64,000 nt of DNA from Chrysomallon squamiferum (GCA_012295275.1 CM022678.1:17856001-17920000), one strand, 5' to 3'; shown: positions 13,213 to 26,595, numbered from the stretch's first letter. Notes: generated by a model not told the origin, from the sequence alone. Made by a program: numbers and translations.

Positions 13213-13924
13213 TTAAAATATTCTGGTTAAATATTAATCACCAGAAAAAAAAGCACATAATTAAAAATCACAGTCTGTGTTCTTCTTATTGAAAAAGTAC
13301 CTTTCATCGTACTTCTGCTGTCTGGAAAAAAAATAATTCCTTTCTTACATAGAACACTTTGTCTGGAAGAGAAAAAAAAAAAAAAATAAAACGTTAAAAA
13401 AAATTAAGTTTTTTGTTAATAATGGAAATCTAAATCTAACTCTATGATCAACTCTACAGCTACTGTTGAAAAAAAAGGGTACATAACTCTCTATTTCTCT
13501 GCAGCATGTTCTGTTCTTTTTTGATTCACAGTTTTAGAGATTTAGTTTTATCTGTAATAATAATGTGATTTTGTTTCTTGTATAATCTCTAATACAGTCA
13601 ATAAAAAATGATGTTAATCCACAAGCGCGCGCAATAATTCTGATTATCCACTGATCTTCTATAAAACAAAATATTTATCTTGCGCATTCTGCGTTAGTAA
13701 ATGTAAGTAATGTGTCAAGTTATAAAATGTCATATTATTAATCTATCCTCTTCTCACCTTTTCAAGTATAATCCTACATTGGTAATTAAAAAAAAAAAAA
13801 AAAAAATCCAGAAGCCCATTAATATGTTTCAATATACACCTCTCACCTACATACTAAATTATAAAAATGTTTTTTTATTATACGATGTAAATGTTTGTTT
13901 ATTTATTTTTTTTATTTATTTATT

Positions 13925-14017
<93 letters not shown>

Positions 14018-14539
14018 TAATTGTCTCGGTCATTCTCATTTTTTTTTTTTTTTTTTTTTTTTTATGTTCTGTTTGTCAATCAAGAGGATTGAAAAGTGGA
14101 TATCTCCAGTGTACTTGTCTGTGTGAAGCTATAGCTACGTCATAAAATATATTGACATCCAGACTGGAGCGATGATGTTAACTTTTCAAGTGTTATGGAC
14201 ATTGAGAAGTAAAGAAATCGAATAAAGATTAAAATTTTATTTTCTATATATTACTATTGCTGTTGTCGTTGTTGTTGTTGTTGTTGTTTTATGTGTGTAC
14301 TGTAGCATTATAGTAAACATTACAGGTGTGATTTTACTGTGAAAAAAACAGTGTACATTCAGAAATGTAGATTGGGCTTCCAGGTTAGCGTGTTTTTATA
14401 AACAACAGTAGAATTATATGTGAATATCGAGAACGCTTCCATACTAATGTGATATTTTATTAACAGAACTTGTTTCACAGAACAGCTAAGTAGGAGTAAT
14501 TTTACACGGCGTTATGAAAATAAGATGCAACTTCAGTAC

Positions 14540-14678
14540 CGCCATCACTATTTATGTTACATGTTTTATGTTGTAAACAGAGGCGTAGCGGTAATATTAT
14601 GTATTGAAAACACAGTGTATTGAAAAATAGAGGCATTGTTTTTTAATTAACAATATTAGATAATTTTATTTTGCATAA

Positions 14679-14714
<36 letters not shown>

Positions 14715-14790
14715 AAGCTTAATTTTTCATTAACAGGTATAACGTATCTAACAAGTTGAATAATGAATCAACGTTTAATAATGCGTATTA
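14540..14790. repeat. Direct duplicate of ~21915-22145
   Basis: cactatttatg(t/c)tacatgttttatgtt...aacaagttgaataatgaatcaac is shared. Confidence 0.9.
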
Positions 14791-15919
14791 TTCTCATTTT
14801 TTTATTATTAAGATAGTAGAATTGCAGTTGAGAGGTGAGAGGCTAGATTAAGATGAATTAACTTCACCATGTTATTGATATTTGCAAGTGCATCTTTCTT
14901 AAATACTAGAAAAGTCTAGAATATAGAGAAACATTAATAGACGTTTTTATTATTAAAAGTAAAGTGAAAAGGCGAGGATGCGCGAGATGAATCTTGTTTA
15001 TTATAACACAAGTTCTGTAAATATACTGCGCTGTTACAGATTAATTCTTAATTAACTGTAGAAAGTGATATTCTATTATCTCCCCTAAAAATTAAATTGA
15101 TAATTAGACAATTAATATTCAACTAGATAAAATCTAGAGAGCTATATATAAATGTAAAATATTACGGTTCTTTCGCTGAATTTAAATGTATTAGTATAAA
15201 CAGGTCTGGTTGAAGCAAATAAACTATAAATATTGTCGTTCAGTTCCATTATATGTGGTAAACAGCGTTCATCATAATAACAAGAACATTTTTTTGTTCA
15301 TTACTGCAATACAAAGGACATTTCAGTTGCCGTTTACAGGGACAAATAAATAAATTTATTAATGTTAATATATAATATCTAAGATCCTTCAGTATTTTAG
15401 GCATACACAGAACCTCTCCCAGTGAGATAAAAAATCATCGCTACTTTATTATCAATGTTTTCTGCAGTGTTTATCATTTCTTTTACTGAAGTTTTAATTA
15501 CAGCGACACCTGCACTTATCACTGTAATCTGAGAGGTAGATAGGTAGGTGGATAGACAGATAGACAGACAGATAGATGGAGAGTGAGACAGACAGACATA
15601 TATAGAGATAAATCCATAGACAGACATACAGACACACAGACAGATAGAAAAACCCAAAACTGAACTGAATAATTAAAATGACCAATAAAAGAAAAGTTGT
15701 GAAAAGCGAGGTTAATGTGATATTATATAGTAATGCATGTACAAACATTTTCTTACAAGTTCATGAGCCTATGAAATGTAAAATGTCTATCTCTCTCTAT
15801 GTCCATCAATGTATCTATCTGTCTATTATTTAACTATATACATAAACACCATCTCACTGATATGAACTTTCGTATATAACTATCCTCTAAGGCAAACACG
15901 TATACCAAACTATTTATTT

Positions 15920-15954
<35 letters not shown>

Positions 15955-16240
15955 ATCTATCTATCTATCTGTTTATTTGTTGATAATTGTTTCTTTCTTT
16001 ATAATGACGACTGTAATACTGACACAACGACATTAACGATAAAAGCAGCAACACTAATTGCAATAATACTACTTAAAATGATTAAAAAAAAAAAAACTAT
16101 TAATTCATGAGTAGTTAGGTCCTCAAATTTGTTGTACTGATTATTGCTATATAATCAATTTTTACTACTAATAATAATTAGTCCTAATCATAATACAAGT
16201 TAAATTCAAAACTTCAATAAACTAAACTCCTTGACAAATA

Positions 16241-16918
16241 TCACCCAAGAATATCTTTAAAGTCTGCACCAGCTGGGATTTCAAGATTTGCGCAAGAATC
16301 AAGACAATACCAATTTGGGCACCCGTCACATCCTATGAACTCGTCAGAATTCATTCCATCATCAACTCTGCCACAGAGTTCACATTTTTCTTGTGTATCT
16401 ACTACATCTCTGTCTTCTAGTTCAGGCTCATCACCATCAAAGTTTTCTTTGGCTGCATCCACCGGTTCTGCTGTAGCATTCAAATTGAACTGCCGTTTTG
16501 ACTTTGATATCTTCTGTTGTTGTTTTTTGTTGTAATTTTGCCTCTAAAACATTTGCTTTCTTTGCCTTTTCTTCCTCCTTCTTCTTCTCTCTGCCAACTC
16601 TTCTTCATACCTCTTGACACTTTCTTCTGTCAATTCCTCGGCATACCTCATCCTTTTCTTTTGATTTTGCCCCAAGTGGTGGAGTAAAATAAAAAGCATA
16701 TTTCTTGCCTAATTATCACATATTAATCAAGTTTCTTCTGCTGAACTTAAAAACCGATTATATGTTTACCTGTTTATAATGTATCACTAACCTTATGTCT
16801 ATAGGACTAAAAAATAACACTCACTTTTGAAACCTCAAAATGCAGTATAGCGGCTGCAAGTCATAATATACCTCGGAGGCCAGAATTGCCCTGAAGCCAG
16901 AATTACCCCAACTTATAC
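16241..16918 (-). mobile_element. pogo/Fot1-like transposon deletion remnant: one terminus plus the transposase C-terminal K/E-rich tract and PHD finger
   Basis: KKRMRYAEELTEESVKRYEEE..., then CELCGRVDDGMNSDEFIGCDGCPNWYCLDSCA (PHD-like). The terminus GTATAAGTTGGGGTAATTCTGGC has a tandem subterminal gccagaatt(g/a)ccc repeat at 16879-16909. No partner TIR and no DDE domain are seen. Confidence 0.6.
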
Positions 16919-17389
16919 TAGTTTTAAATAAAATAATTTTAGTGAATTTAGTAAATTCAGTGAATGATCTATATTCAGGAGACTTGAATTATTTTATTTT
17001 ATTTTTATTTTTTTTTTTTTTTATTTTACTCAACACTCAGTCTTTTTTGTATATTTACCAACATGCGTGTTAAATAGAGTTGTTTCTCTTAGACCACGAA
17101 TTTCTGAAATAGATTACTCCTCGCATATACGAGGTGACGGTAAATTAGATTTGTTGCTTTTAGATGAAAATAACCAATTCTGTATAATGTTTTGTAGCAG
17201 ACAGAACCAGCTTATTAACATTCCCTGCGTTTTCTTTTTCTTTTAACTAACCAGTTTCCTGTATTTTTGGTTTATTTAACGTGATATTATTATTTGATGA
17301 ATTATTGTAAAATTGCTATTTCATTTAATGTTTTTCATTTATTTATTTAATTTATTTATTTCATTTACTTTGATTTAGTTTAGTTGAAA

Positions 17390-17720
17390 AAAGTAGTTAG
17401 GAAAGGCGCAAAGATCACGGTTTTGTAATATGAACAACCATCTTTATCAGTGTAAATCATTAAAAGTTCAGAAAATTGACGTAAAATAATTGTATTTGGA
17501 AGTTTAAAAACTTCCGTGACCTCACGGAAACTTCCGATCGAAATCCAAGATGGCAGCATCGAACGCCGATCAATATTTACAGACTTTTAAACATGTAGGA
17601 TTTTATAATGCAATCATTCTACATGGATCATTAAAAGTAATTTGAGAAGTATGTCATATAACCAATGCCTCTTATACATAGATGGCCTATACTCTGTAGT
17701 AATTGCTGAAAACGTGGTAA
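17390..17720. repeat. Direct duplicate of ~22310-22620 (promoter-like CpG-containing block)
   Basis: ctcacggaaac(t/g)tccgatcgaaatccaagatggc(a/g)gc..tcgaacgccgatca is shared. Confidence 0.9.
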
Positions 17721-20258
17721 CATTTCTTTTTTTCTTTTTTCTTTTTTTTTGACAATGATGTAATATACCATCTCGTACCCATTTTTTTTTTTTTTTTTTT
17801 TTTTTTTCCCACTTTTTATAACATCTCATATAACATATAAAAAATCAGTAAATAAATAAAAATAAAATAAAATAATTGAAATAAAATAAATTAAAATGAA
17901 ATAAATAATTTTCACTGACGCTGGTTGGAAGGATGCATCTATCCATATAAATATACACACATACATACATATATTATATATATATACACACACACACACG
18001 TGTATAGGAATGATAATATATTTGTATGTTTAGAAGATCATTAGTATGTATATGTATATATGTATATAAAAGGATAAGTAACTAAATGTGTGTGTGTGTG
18101 TGTGTGTCAAAAAGGGTGGATAGATGGTAGATGATAACAGACAGGTAAATTGATAGACAGAAAAAAAGTAGATGGATTACTAGAAAGATAGATAGAATGC
18201 ATGAGAATATACCTGTACATCTGTAAGAACGACTGACTGTGTTTGTTATGTATATAGCATAAATAGATAGATAAATAAAAATATTTATAGATAGCTAACT
18301 AGATAGAAAGTGTATTTAAATACTAAAAAAGGATGTCAATAGAGAGTGTATATACGTACGTGTGTATGTGTGTGCGTATGTACTTGTGTGAGTGGCTATA
18401 GATTGTGGCTATGTATAACTGAGAAGGTGAGATAGATTGATATAGAGATAGACATCGCTTCAGAGATAGATTGATATATTAGGTAGACAATATTTAGGTA
18501 CATATAGAGATAGATATATACAGCTAATATAGATAAACTGATGTGTAGGTATGGTTATATGTGTCTGTGTGTTACAGAGAGAGAACAGGTATTGACCTCA
18601 CTATGAAACAGAGAAATATGCCGTGAGTGTAAGATTTTTCAGAGAATGAGAGATAATTATATAAATAAATATAGATATACACAGACAGACAGAGAGAGGA
18701 TAGTGATGAATAAATGGGTAGCTAGACAGGTAATGGGCACATGTATATGAGTAAAAAAATCATATTTCTTCATTAAAGTCTGTTTCTAATAACTATGTTA
18801 GAAAGAGTTGAGCAGATGCGAGATTAAGCTACATCACAGGTTGACCAATAAAGAGACAGATAGACAGACAAATAGCCAGATAAATTGATGATGAAATAAA
18901 ACAAATATATAGATAGACCGATAGATAGATAGAAACATGCAGGTAGGTAAGGATGGATGGAGTGTTAGATGGATAAACGTTTTAGTGCAAAGAAGAACTG
19001 AGAAAATAATAAAAGGATGAAAAGAGGGAATGATGGATTGAAAGGTTTTCAATTATATAAGCAATTACTTTTCAGACATCACATTGTTAATAAATAAGGT
19101 CCTCATTGTAGGTCATTGGATTGAGTGATACATCAATGGAATTTGGCTTAATATATAAACTGTGTGATGAGAAATATGTGGAGTTAGGAGGGAGGCATGA
19201 CTGGAAGTACCAATAAATTGTTAAGGAGAGATTAGTGATTTCTGGTATTGTTTATGAAGAGAACATTAATCTGGAAATCTAGTCTGTGTTTATCTACACT
19301 GAAAGCATAGTCTTCATCTGCTGATTAGTAGGTAAATATGATAAGATAAGAAATGGCACTGTATTCAAAATTAGAAAAAAGTAGCAATACCCTATTATAT
19401 AGATTGCTAAGATACACCGAGCGGCTAACCACACGAGATTTCTGTCTTCTCAGTATGAATAAAATCTGATATAATAATAATAATAACAATAATTATATAT
19501 ATAACAATAATAATTATATATATATATATATATTCAGCATTAATACCAATAGCGACTGTTATGTGACGTGCTAATATAACAGATTATATAACTGCTAATA
19601 TAACAGAACAACAATGTCTGGAGATACCTGCACATGTAGTCATGGCGCCACCTTGTATAGTTGAGATGTTTAGAATATAAAGAGGAAAATCCCTGGGACC
19701 AGTCCTGGGTGTGGTCACTAAGATATACGGAGCGGCTAACCACACGAGATTTCTGTCTTCTCAGCATGAATAAAATCTGATATCATTTCTGAAATGAGTT
19801 TGAACACTTCAACATAATAAATAAATAGTACAAATTAAAATTTATAAACTATACTTAATTATGTAATAATGTAGATTTTAAAAACAAAATCTGTGCTCAA
19901 TCTGTGATTGCATGAAAGAGAAAAACAACACCATTTTTTTATTTAGAAAAATATTAATCTTTACAAGTGTAAAAATATGTACATGGGTTGATTATATATA
20001 TATATATGTATTCTAAAACATATTCCTGAATTAGTGTTACTGTTTTGTAAATATATATTCATTGAGAGGAAAATTCTTCTTTAATTTGCTGTCCCCACCA
20101 CTGATCAAGATATAAATGACTGGCATGACTTACATGTTTATGATGTTTCGTGATTGAAACGTTTTGTTAACTTGTGTTCATCAGTTGTTTTTGCCAGTTC
20201 CTGCTTTGAGCTGCTTTTCGCTTCAAGTCAGCTCCAGGTCGTGCTTTTCACGTGCCCG

Positions 20259-20887
20259 CTACACACGGGAAGAGGGCGGAGCCCATGGACGTCGGTGTCC
20301 TTGCATTGGACGTGAACGATCGGGAGAACCAAAGAAATCCACCTGTACAAGAAGAAAAGAAAAATGTTTATTTATTATATAATGTTATCTTTACTTCATT
20401 CGCAGTATAGCTGTGTCTAATATGAAAGTAGAGAATATTTGCGAAAAAACAAAAATATTTTATTTTGATACCTCATACTCAGGTTGTATCCATGGGTTTC
20501 ACGAATGGGTCAACCTCCACTGGTTGAATGTCTCTGTCGTCGAAGGGGTCAACCTCCATTGGTTGAATGTCTCTGTCGTCGAAGAGGTCAACCAACCTCC
20601 ACTGGTTGAATGTCTCTGTCGTCGAAGGGGTCAACCTCCACTGGTTGAATGTCTCTGTCGTCGAAGGGGTCAACCTCCATTGGTTGAATGTCTCTGTCGT
20701 CGAAGAGGTCAACCAACCTCCACTGGTTGAATGTCTCTGTCGTCGAAGGGGTCAACCTCCATTGGTTGAATGTCTCTGTCGTCGAAGAGGTCAACCAACC
20801 TCCACTGGTTGAATGTCTCTGTCGTCGAAGGGGTCAACCAACCTCCATTGGTTGAATGTCTCTGTCGTCGAAGGGGTCGACGTCCAT
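20259..20887 (-). CDS. Candidate spliced 42-aa micropeptide MDVDPFDDRDIQPME|VDFFGSPDRSRPMQGHRRPWAPPSSRV
   Basis: Acceptor ttattttcag at 20907, ATG at 20887, donor GAG|gttggt at 20843, acceptor cttcttgtacag at 20343, TAG at 20259. A possible upstream exon ends CGA|gttagt at ~21261. Confidence 0.4.
20511..20877. repeat. 39-bp GC-richer minisatellite, 9 units, four with an extra CAAC
   Basis: caacctcca(c/t)tggttgaatgtctctgtcgtcgaag(g/a)ggt. The minus strand encodes DPFDDRDIQP(M/V)EV. There are no unique spacers. Confidence 0.95.
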
Positions 20888-21315
20888 GGGCTCTTCGAAA
20901 CGGATTCTGAAAATAACAGAACTGTTCAAATATTATATAGAAACCATTCACTAAATATTTTTAGACGGGAAAAATTAATAAAATAATGGTTGTCAGATAA
21001 TAAGATATGTTTTACATATCCTTTATTCTTTTTAAATAAAAACAATCGAAACACTATCTGTAATTGATTATTGTTGTTATTTTTATGTAAAAATAAACAT
21101 ATTTTGACAAGGGTATATTAACAATATTAGAAACAGGAATCATAGCATTAGAGGTCAGAAAGTAATGCATACACGCAGTTTTCAGTTATCGTTGATTATC
21201 TAATCTAAATGCAATTCAATATACAAAGTAAAAAAGAAGGAAAGTAAAGTCAGAACTAACTCGAATGCGCTTATCTTCAATATCGCCAACTGTATCTATG
21301 TAAACAAAGCATTGA

Positions 21316-21323
21316 TGACGTCA
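21316..21323. promoter_or_regulatory. Palindromic CRE (TGACGTCA) upstream of the candidate micropeptide gene
   Basis: Perfect TGACGTCA about 55 bp from the putative first-exon donor; a second copy lies at 22655-22662. Motif match only. Confidence 0.3.
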
Positions 21324-21659
21324 TACATCCGAACGTCAAAACGAAGTTAGCCGAATATTAATTTTTATTTTGAACTCCGATCGATATAAAAATAAACATT
21401 ATAAAACACCGAGTGTATGGTTAGTATAAATTCTAATTTGTAAGCACGAAATCATCAGTGATTTCAATCTTATTATAATTTATTTTTTAACTATTGTCAT
21501 CAATAATTACATTTTTATTTTCGAAGTAATTCATTTTATTTTAGGTATGTCTACCGCAAAGATATGTCTTGCTATTCAAACTAGATGTACGATTGTTGTA
21601 ATAAATTAATCTAATTTTCAATGATTATATTTATTGATCACCATATTCACATTCTTCAC

Positions 21660-21910
21660 GTTTATGATGTTTCGTAAATAACATAGTGTTTTAATAATTA
21701 TTATCAACTTTATATTCATCGGGTGGTTTATTTTTATCAGTTTGTGGTTTGAGCTGCTTTTCGCATCATGTCAACTGTCATGCCGTGCTTGTTGGACCAC
21801 TACACACGGGAAGACGGTTTTGCCCATGGACACCCATGGAGGGACCCATCCGTAGAAAGAAAGAAATCTACATCTACGAGAAGAAAGAAAATGTTTACTT
21901 ACTTATAATA
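21660..21910 (-). pseudogene. Paralogous copy of the 20140-20380 terminal exon
   Basis: Reads VDFFLSTDGSLHGCPWAKPSSRV* (21871-21800) versus VDFFGSPDRSRPMQGHRRPWAPPSSRV*. The 3' flanks also align. Confidence 0.6.
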
Positions 21911-22459
21911 ACACGCCACTTCACTATTTATGCTACATGTTTTATGTTCTAAACAGAGGTGCAGCTGTAATATTATGTATTGAAAACACAGTTTATTGAA
22001 AAATACATGTGTTATTTTTTAATTAACAATATTAGATAATTTTATTTTGCATAATAAATAAATAAATAAATAATAAGCTTAATTGTTCATTAATTGGTAT
22101 AACGTACCTAACAAGTTGAATAATGAATCAACTTTTAAAGATGCCTATGAAAAAATACTTCCAGAATTAAACCTGAATCTTCGTTTCTGTTGGGGAACAT
22201 TGCCAACTGGAAAAGTTAATACAGTAATCTTATAACAAATTATAATTTCAGTTTATTATGCACGCATTTGCATAAAAATAATCCAGTTTGAAAAGTTTGA
22301 TTAAGTTGAAAAAGTACTTATGAAAGGCGTAGAAGATCATTTATCTGCGCAAATCTAATTTACAAATCATAAAAAAGTTAAGAAAAACAGTTGAAATTGG
22401 AAGTTCAAAAACCCGATCAGACGGTTTCCGAGCGCTCACGGAAACGTCCGATCGAAATC

Positions 22460-22471
22460 CAAGATGGCGGC
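22460..22471 (+). promoter_or_regulatory. YY1-type motif CAAGATGGCGGC in a CpG-rich patch
   Basis: Exact consensus match; variant CAAGATGGCAGC at 17546-17557. Confidence 0.4.
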
Positions 22472-23589
22472 GTCGAACGCCGATCAGTGTTTACAAACTT
22501 TTAAACATCCAGTCAAGTCTATATGGATTATTAAAAGTAATTTGGGGAAATACATCATATAACTTATACCGTTTATACATAGATGTCCATTATTGAGTAG
22601 TAATTGCTGCAAAGGTCGAAACGAATTTTTAATTTAATTTTTTTTTTGTCACTTTGACGTCATACTATCTCGTACTAGATTTAGCGGACATTGTAAAACA
22701 ATACGTAGTTGTAAAACAATACTTGAAACCATTATATTTTTTATTTTAATATTTATTTTCATTTTCAATATATTATAGGTGGTATTTACGTATTATTTGA
22801 ATGATTACCTCGATACATTTATTATAATGCTTGTCACATTATAGGTTCAGTTTTACAACAGAAAATTGTAAACATTGTTTAAAAAATTACAAAAAAATGA
22901 CTTGTCATTCGACTTCTGAAATATGTATGCAAAACAATGACTTTCCTAGTTTAATTTTTTAAAAATACATTGTCCATGTTTGAAGTTATCGACGGGAACT
23001 TTGGAAGATGAGGACTGTTGTAAACTGTTCGAAATCGTGATATCGTAAGAGACTTATCTCAAACAATTAATAAATGACAGAACTTGTCAATTAGTTAGGC
23101 TGGAGATAATGAATTATTTTCAATTTACAGGTTGATACGTGTCAAGTCTGTGTCAGATTTTTTATTTCTTTTAAAGACTTGGACAAAGACAGAGTTCTTC
23201 AGATCTCATCTCCCACCTTTACAGTGCAAGGCAAGTCAGTGCTGAAGATATAGAGGAATGTTCGCAATTTTATGGATTTCAGCTTTGAGAAGTATTAATG
23301 TGGTGTTTGTATTATTATTATTATTATTACATTTTCATCTTATGATTGTATTGCTTAACTTTAACATATCTTGATCTAATCAATGAAGTCTTCTTGTTTA
23401 ATATATGAAAATATTTCATTCATCTTTATGAATTTAGATTTAAAAGTCACATTTGTTATTTTAATTTGACCAGAATGTAAAATTTACAAGTTTGATACCT
23501 TTTTATAGATCTGTAATTTTGTTTAAATTATTTATTATATAAACACAATGGAAAAATACTTTTAAATAATTATTCTATTGAATTTTATT

Positions 23590-23820
23590 ATTGTATCTAC
23601 AGAAATGACAATATTCGGGAATCAGCTTCAGTAACAATAATATGGAGAAGAATATAGAGGTTACTTTAAACATTGAGATATCTACTGATATAGACCAACA
23701 TGGATTTTTCTTTCCAAAGCAGTTTCCAGACAGAGAAAATGTTGACAATATTAGTGTTGATTGATTATTCTCCAAAAGTTAACAGTGGATGATTCTTGGT
23801 TTTATCAGGAAGGAACTTAA
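23590..23820. repeat. Direct duplicate of ~25360-25580
   Basis: gagatatctactgatatagaccaacatggatttttctttc...gttaacagtggatgattcttggtt is shared. Confidence 0.9.
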
Positions 23821-23911
23821 CAGGAAGCTCTACAGAAAGAAAGATAGAGATATTGATAGATTGATAGATAGTAAACTGATAGATGTAGACGAATTTAGGT
23901 AGATAGGTAAA

Positions 23912-24770
23912 CATGAAGTTGAGCAGCAGATGACTTAGTATACTTCCATTACCATTGTTTTATTTCTTATTAGCTTATATTTGTACTTGTAGTAATCAAA
24001 ACAGTTTTGTTTCTAACTCACAAGAACGACATGGCTTAAGGAATGATGTTGAGGTATGTGTGAAATCAGTTCATAAAGAAAAGCACATCTATGTTAATGT
24101 TGTTGAAGTTGTTTCTGAATGAAAAATTCTTCTTTAGCTTTAATTATGTGATTGAAATAAATCTTTATTTTAGACATATTTGTTATTTCTGTAACTAAAA
24201 TATTTATATTTAATTGTTAATAATATTTTTAATATTTACTTTATTTTATATATTTATTTTTTAAAATACTGGCATTCAAAACTTCTCTGCATTTTTATCA
24301 TAACATTTAAATTAATAGCATAGCTCAGATGTAGATCTGACCTTCATTCGATTGAAGAATCTAACTAGCAGAAGTAATTAGTTTAGATTTGGGATTAAAT
24401 GCCTTTCTTTAATTTTTATTTATGAATTTGTTTTTTTTATGAGAAACAATGCCTACCAAAACAGTCTGCTAGATCATTATAGAAGTTCAAGATGAAAGAG
24501 GAAATAAAAGAGAGAAATGTACTTAGTGAATACAGATAAAACAAACCAAGCTGGAAACCATTTTGAGTTTGTTAATTGTGGCTAATCCACCTTTACTTCC
24601 AAAATTGCTAAAATGTCATCTTGTTTTGCAAACTTAATTGTGCAAGCTGAAAATAAATCTCTTTCTGGTTTTGCAGGTGATTTTGAGAAAAAAAGCCTGA
24701 AGATGACCTAATTCATCTGATACTGACACTAGCCAGTCAGAGGAAGTCAATAAAACAGAAAACTGTTCTG
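23912..24770. repeat. ~850 bp direct duplicate of ~63113-64000
   Basis: tgacttag.atacttccatt...gtttctgaatgaaaaattcttctttagctttaattatgtgatt...ctagccagtcagag.aagtcaataaa are collinear. Confidence 0.95.
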
Positions 24771-26334
24771 AAGTAAGTGGTCTCGATATGTTTTATAATA
24801 ATAAATAATAGTAATGTGTTTAAGTACACATGTACATTACATATGAATGCAGGGCTTGTAATGGCCAATGGCCAAATGATACCAAAGTTCTGTTTGGGTG
24901 AATGTAATGTTAAAATATTATTTGGATGACCTTTTTTTTTTCTATAAGTTATAAAACAATAATTTGATGGCAATATTTATTTCAAAGAGTGTTAGTTAAA
25001 ATGATAGAATTATCTTTATTTTGTTCTCTGTAATGCACGCCAATAAAAAGTATATTTCTAATCAAGGTTTCAACTCATTAATTGTAAGGTTTGTTGCAGG
25101 CAAAGCATTTACCTTTTTAAAAGTTATTTTTGCTTCTTCTGAATGTTACCATCATATCCAGATAAATAAAGTCAATATTAAAACATTGTTAAAGTAGAAT
25201 TCATTGATAATTTATAATAATTTTCCATGACTGAAATATTTCTTCCCAAAGATTTTTATTGTGCAAATTAATCATATGCTCCTAGCCTGGAATAGGTAAA
25301 AAATAGTCAATTAAATAAAGTATGTTAAGATTTAGATAATAATTAATTATTATTGCATCTACAGGAAAGACATGATTCTGGAATCATCTTCAGTTATAAA
25401 AATATGGAGAAGAATATAAAGGTTACTTCAGACAGTTGAGATATCTACTGATATAGACCAACATGGATTTTTCTTTCGAAAGCAGTTTCCATGACGGAGA
25501 AGATGTTGACACTATACATCAGTGTTGATTGATTGTTCTCCAATAGTTAACAGTGGATGATTCTTGGTTATTATGGAATGGAACAAAAAACTTCCTCTTA
25601 ATGACTAAAGACACTGCAAAAGCTCTGTATGGTTCTACACTACAAATTAGTGCAGAAGAAATGAAAAGATGTGGAGCAATGATATTTACAGATAGACAAC
25701 AGGCTGGTTCTTGCTTAATGTTGTTTTCATAAAGAATATTAACTTGATAACAACCATAAGTGATTTAAAGGAAAGGAGAGATGATTGACACAGATATGAG
25801 ACTGGCTGTCTGATGGGAGGTTAAGAGGTAAAGAGATAAACAGGAAGATATACTGAAAGAAAGAGGGAGATATTATTGATAGACTAATAGACAGTTAGCT
25901 CAGTAGAAGTTAACAAATGAATTCATAGATGTAGATGAATTTAGGCAAATAGTTAAACATGTCAGTGTCTATCTATCTGCTCTGTGTATTCTTCTTTCTG
26001 TCATGTGTGTTTGTGTGCCAGGCTGAGAGTGTGCCAGTGATTGATAATAATCACTAAATATGGGAATTGTGAATGAGAGTTATAAATGGACAGTATCACA
26101 GAAAGATAGATATAGAAAGTAGTTATAATTATTTAGGGAGATAGTCAGGAAGATGAATAGGTGATTCATGGATGGTTATTGATAGATTGTAATATTGATG
26201 ATAGAGAAATATATATCTAGGGAGGCATTTACTTAGAGTTTGATGGATGGATATATGGATAGCTAAACAGACAGGCAGGTCAGTAGGTTCATATCTAGCT
26301 ATTGAATGATAAATAGGTAGACAGGAAGATAGAA

Positions 26335-26595
26335 AGAAATATAGATAGAAAGATAAGTAGAAAGATAGATAGAAAGATAAGTAGAAAGATAGATAGAAAG
26401 ATAGGTAGAAAGATAGATAGAAAGATAGATAGAAAGACAGATAGAAAGATAGGTAGAAAGATAGATAGAAAGATAGATAGAAAGACAGATAGAAAGATAG
26501 GTAGAAAGATAGATAGAAAGATAGATAGAAAGACAGATAGAAAGACAGGTAGAAAGATAGATAGAAAGATAGATAGAAAGACAGATAGAAAAATA
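26335..26595. repeat. GATA-derived 12-bp-unit tandem repeat within a GATA/GT low-complexity tract
   Basis: (agatagatagaa)n with ggt/cag variants. It generates the spurious LSIF/LSIY ORFs. Confidence 0.95.

Noticed and set aside
15397-15530. Possible minus-strand terminal exon ITVISAGVAVIKTSVKEMINTAENIDNKVAMIFYLTGRGSVYA*
   Set aside because: No recognisable motif or partner exon.
16241-16483. Host PHD-finger chromatin gene
   Set aside because: The preceding K/E-rich tract and adjacent TIR-like terminus fit a pogo transposase tail better; it is frameshifted and truncated.
19405-19785. ~65-bp direct repeat (19406-19472 / 19718-19782) as LTRs or an RNA gene
   Set aside because: Too short, no TG..CA ends or PBS, and no tRNA or snRNA fold recognised; a simple local duplication.
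20511-20877. CRISPR-like appearance of the 39-bp repeat
   Set aside because: Units are head-to-tail with no unique spacers, there are no cas genes, and the context is eukaryotic.
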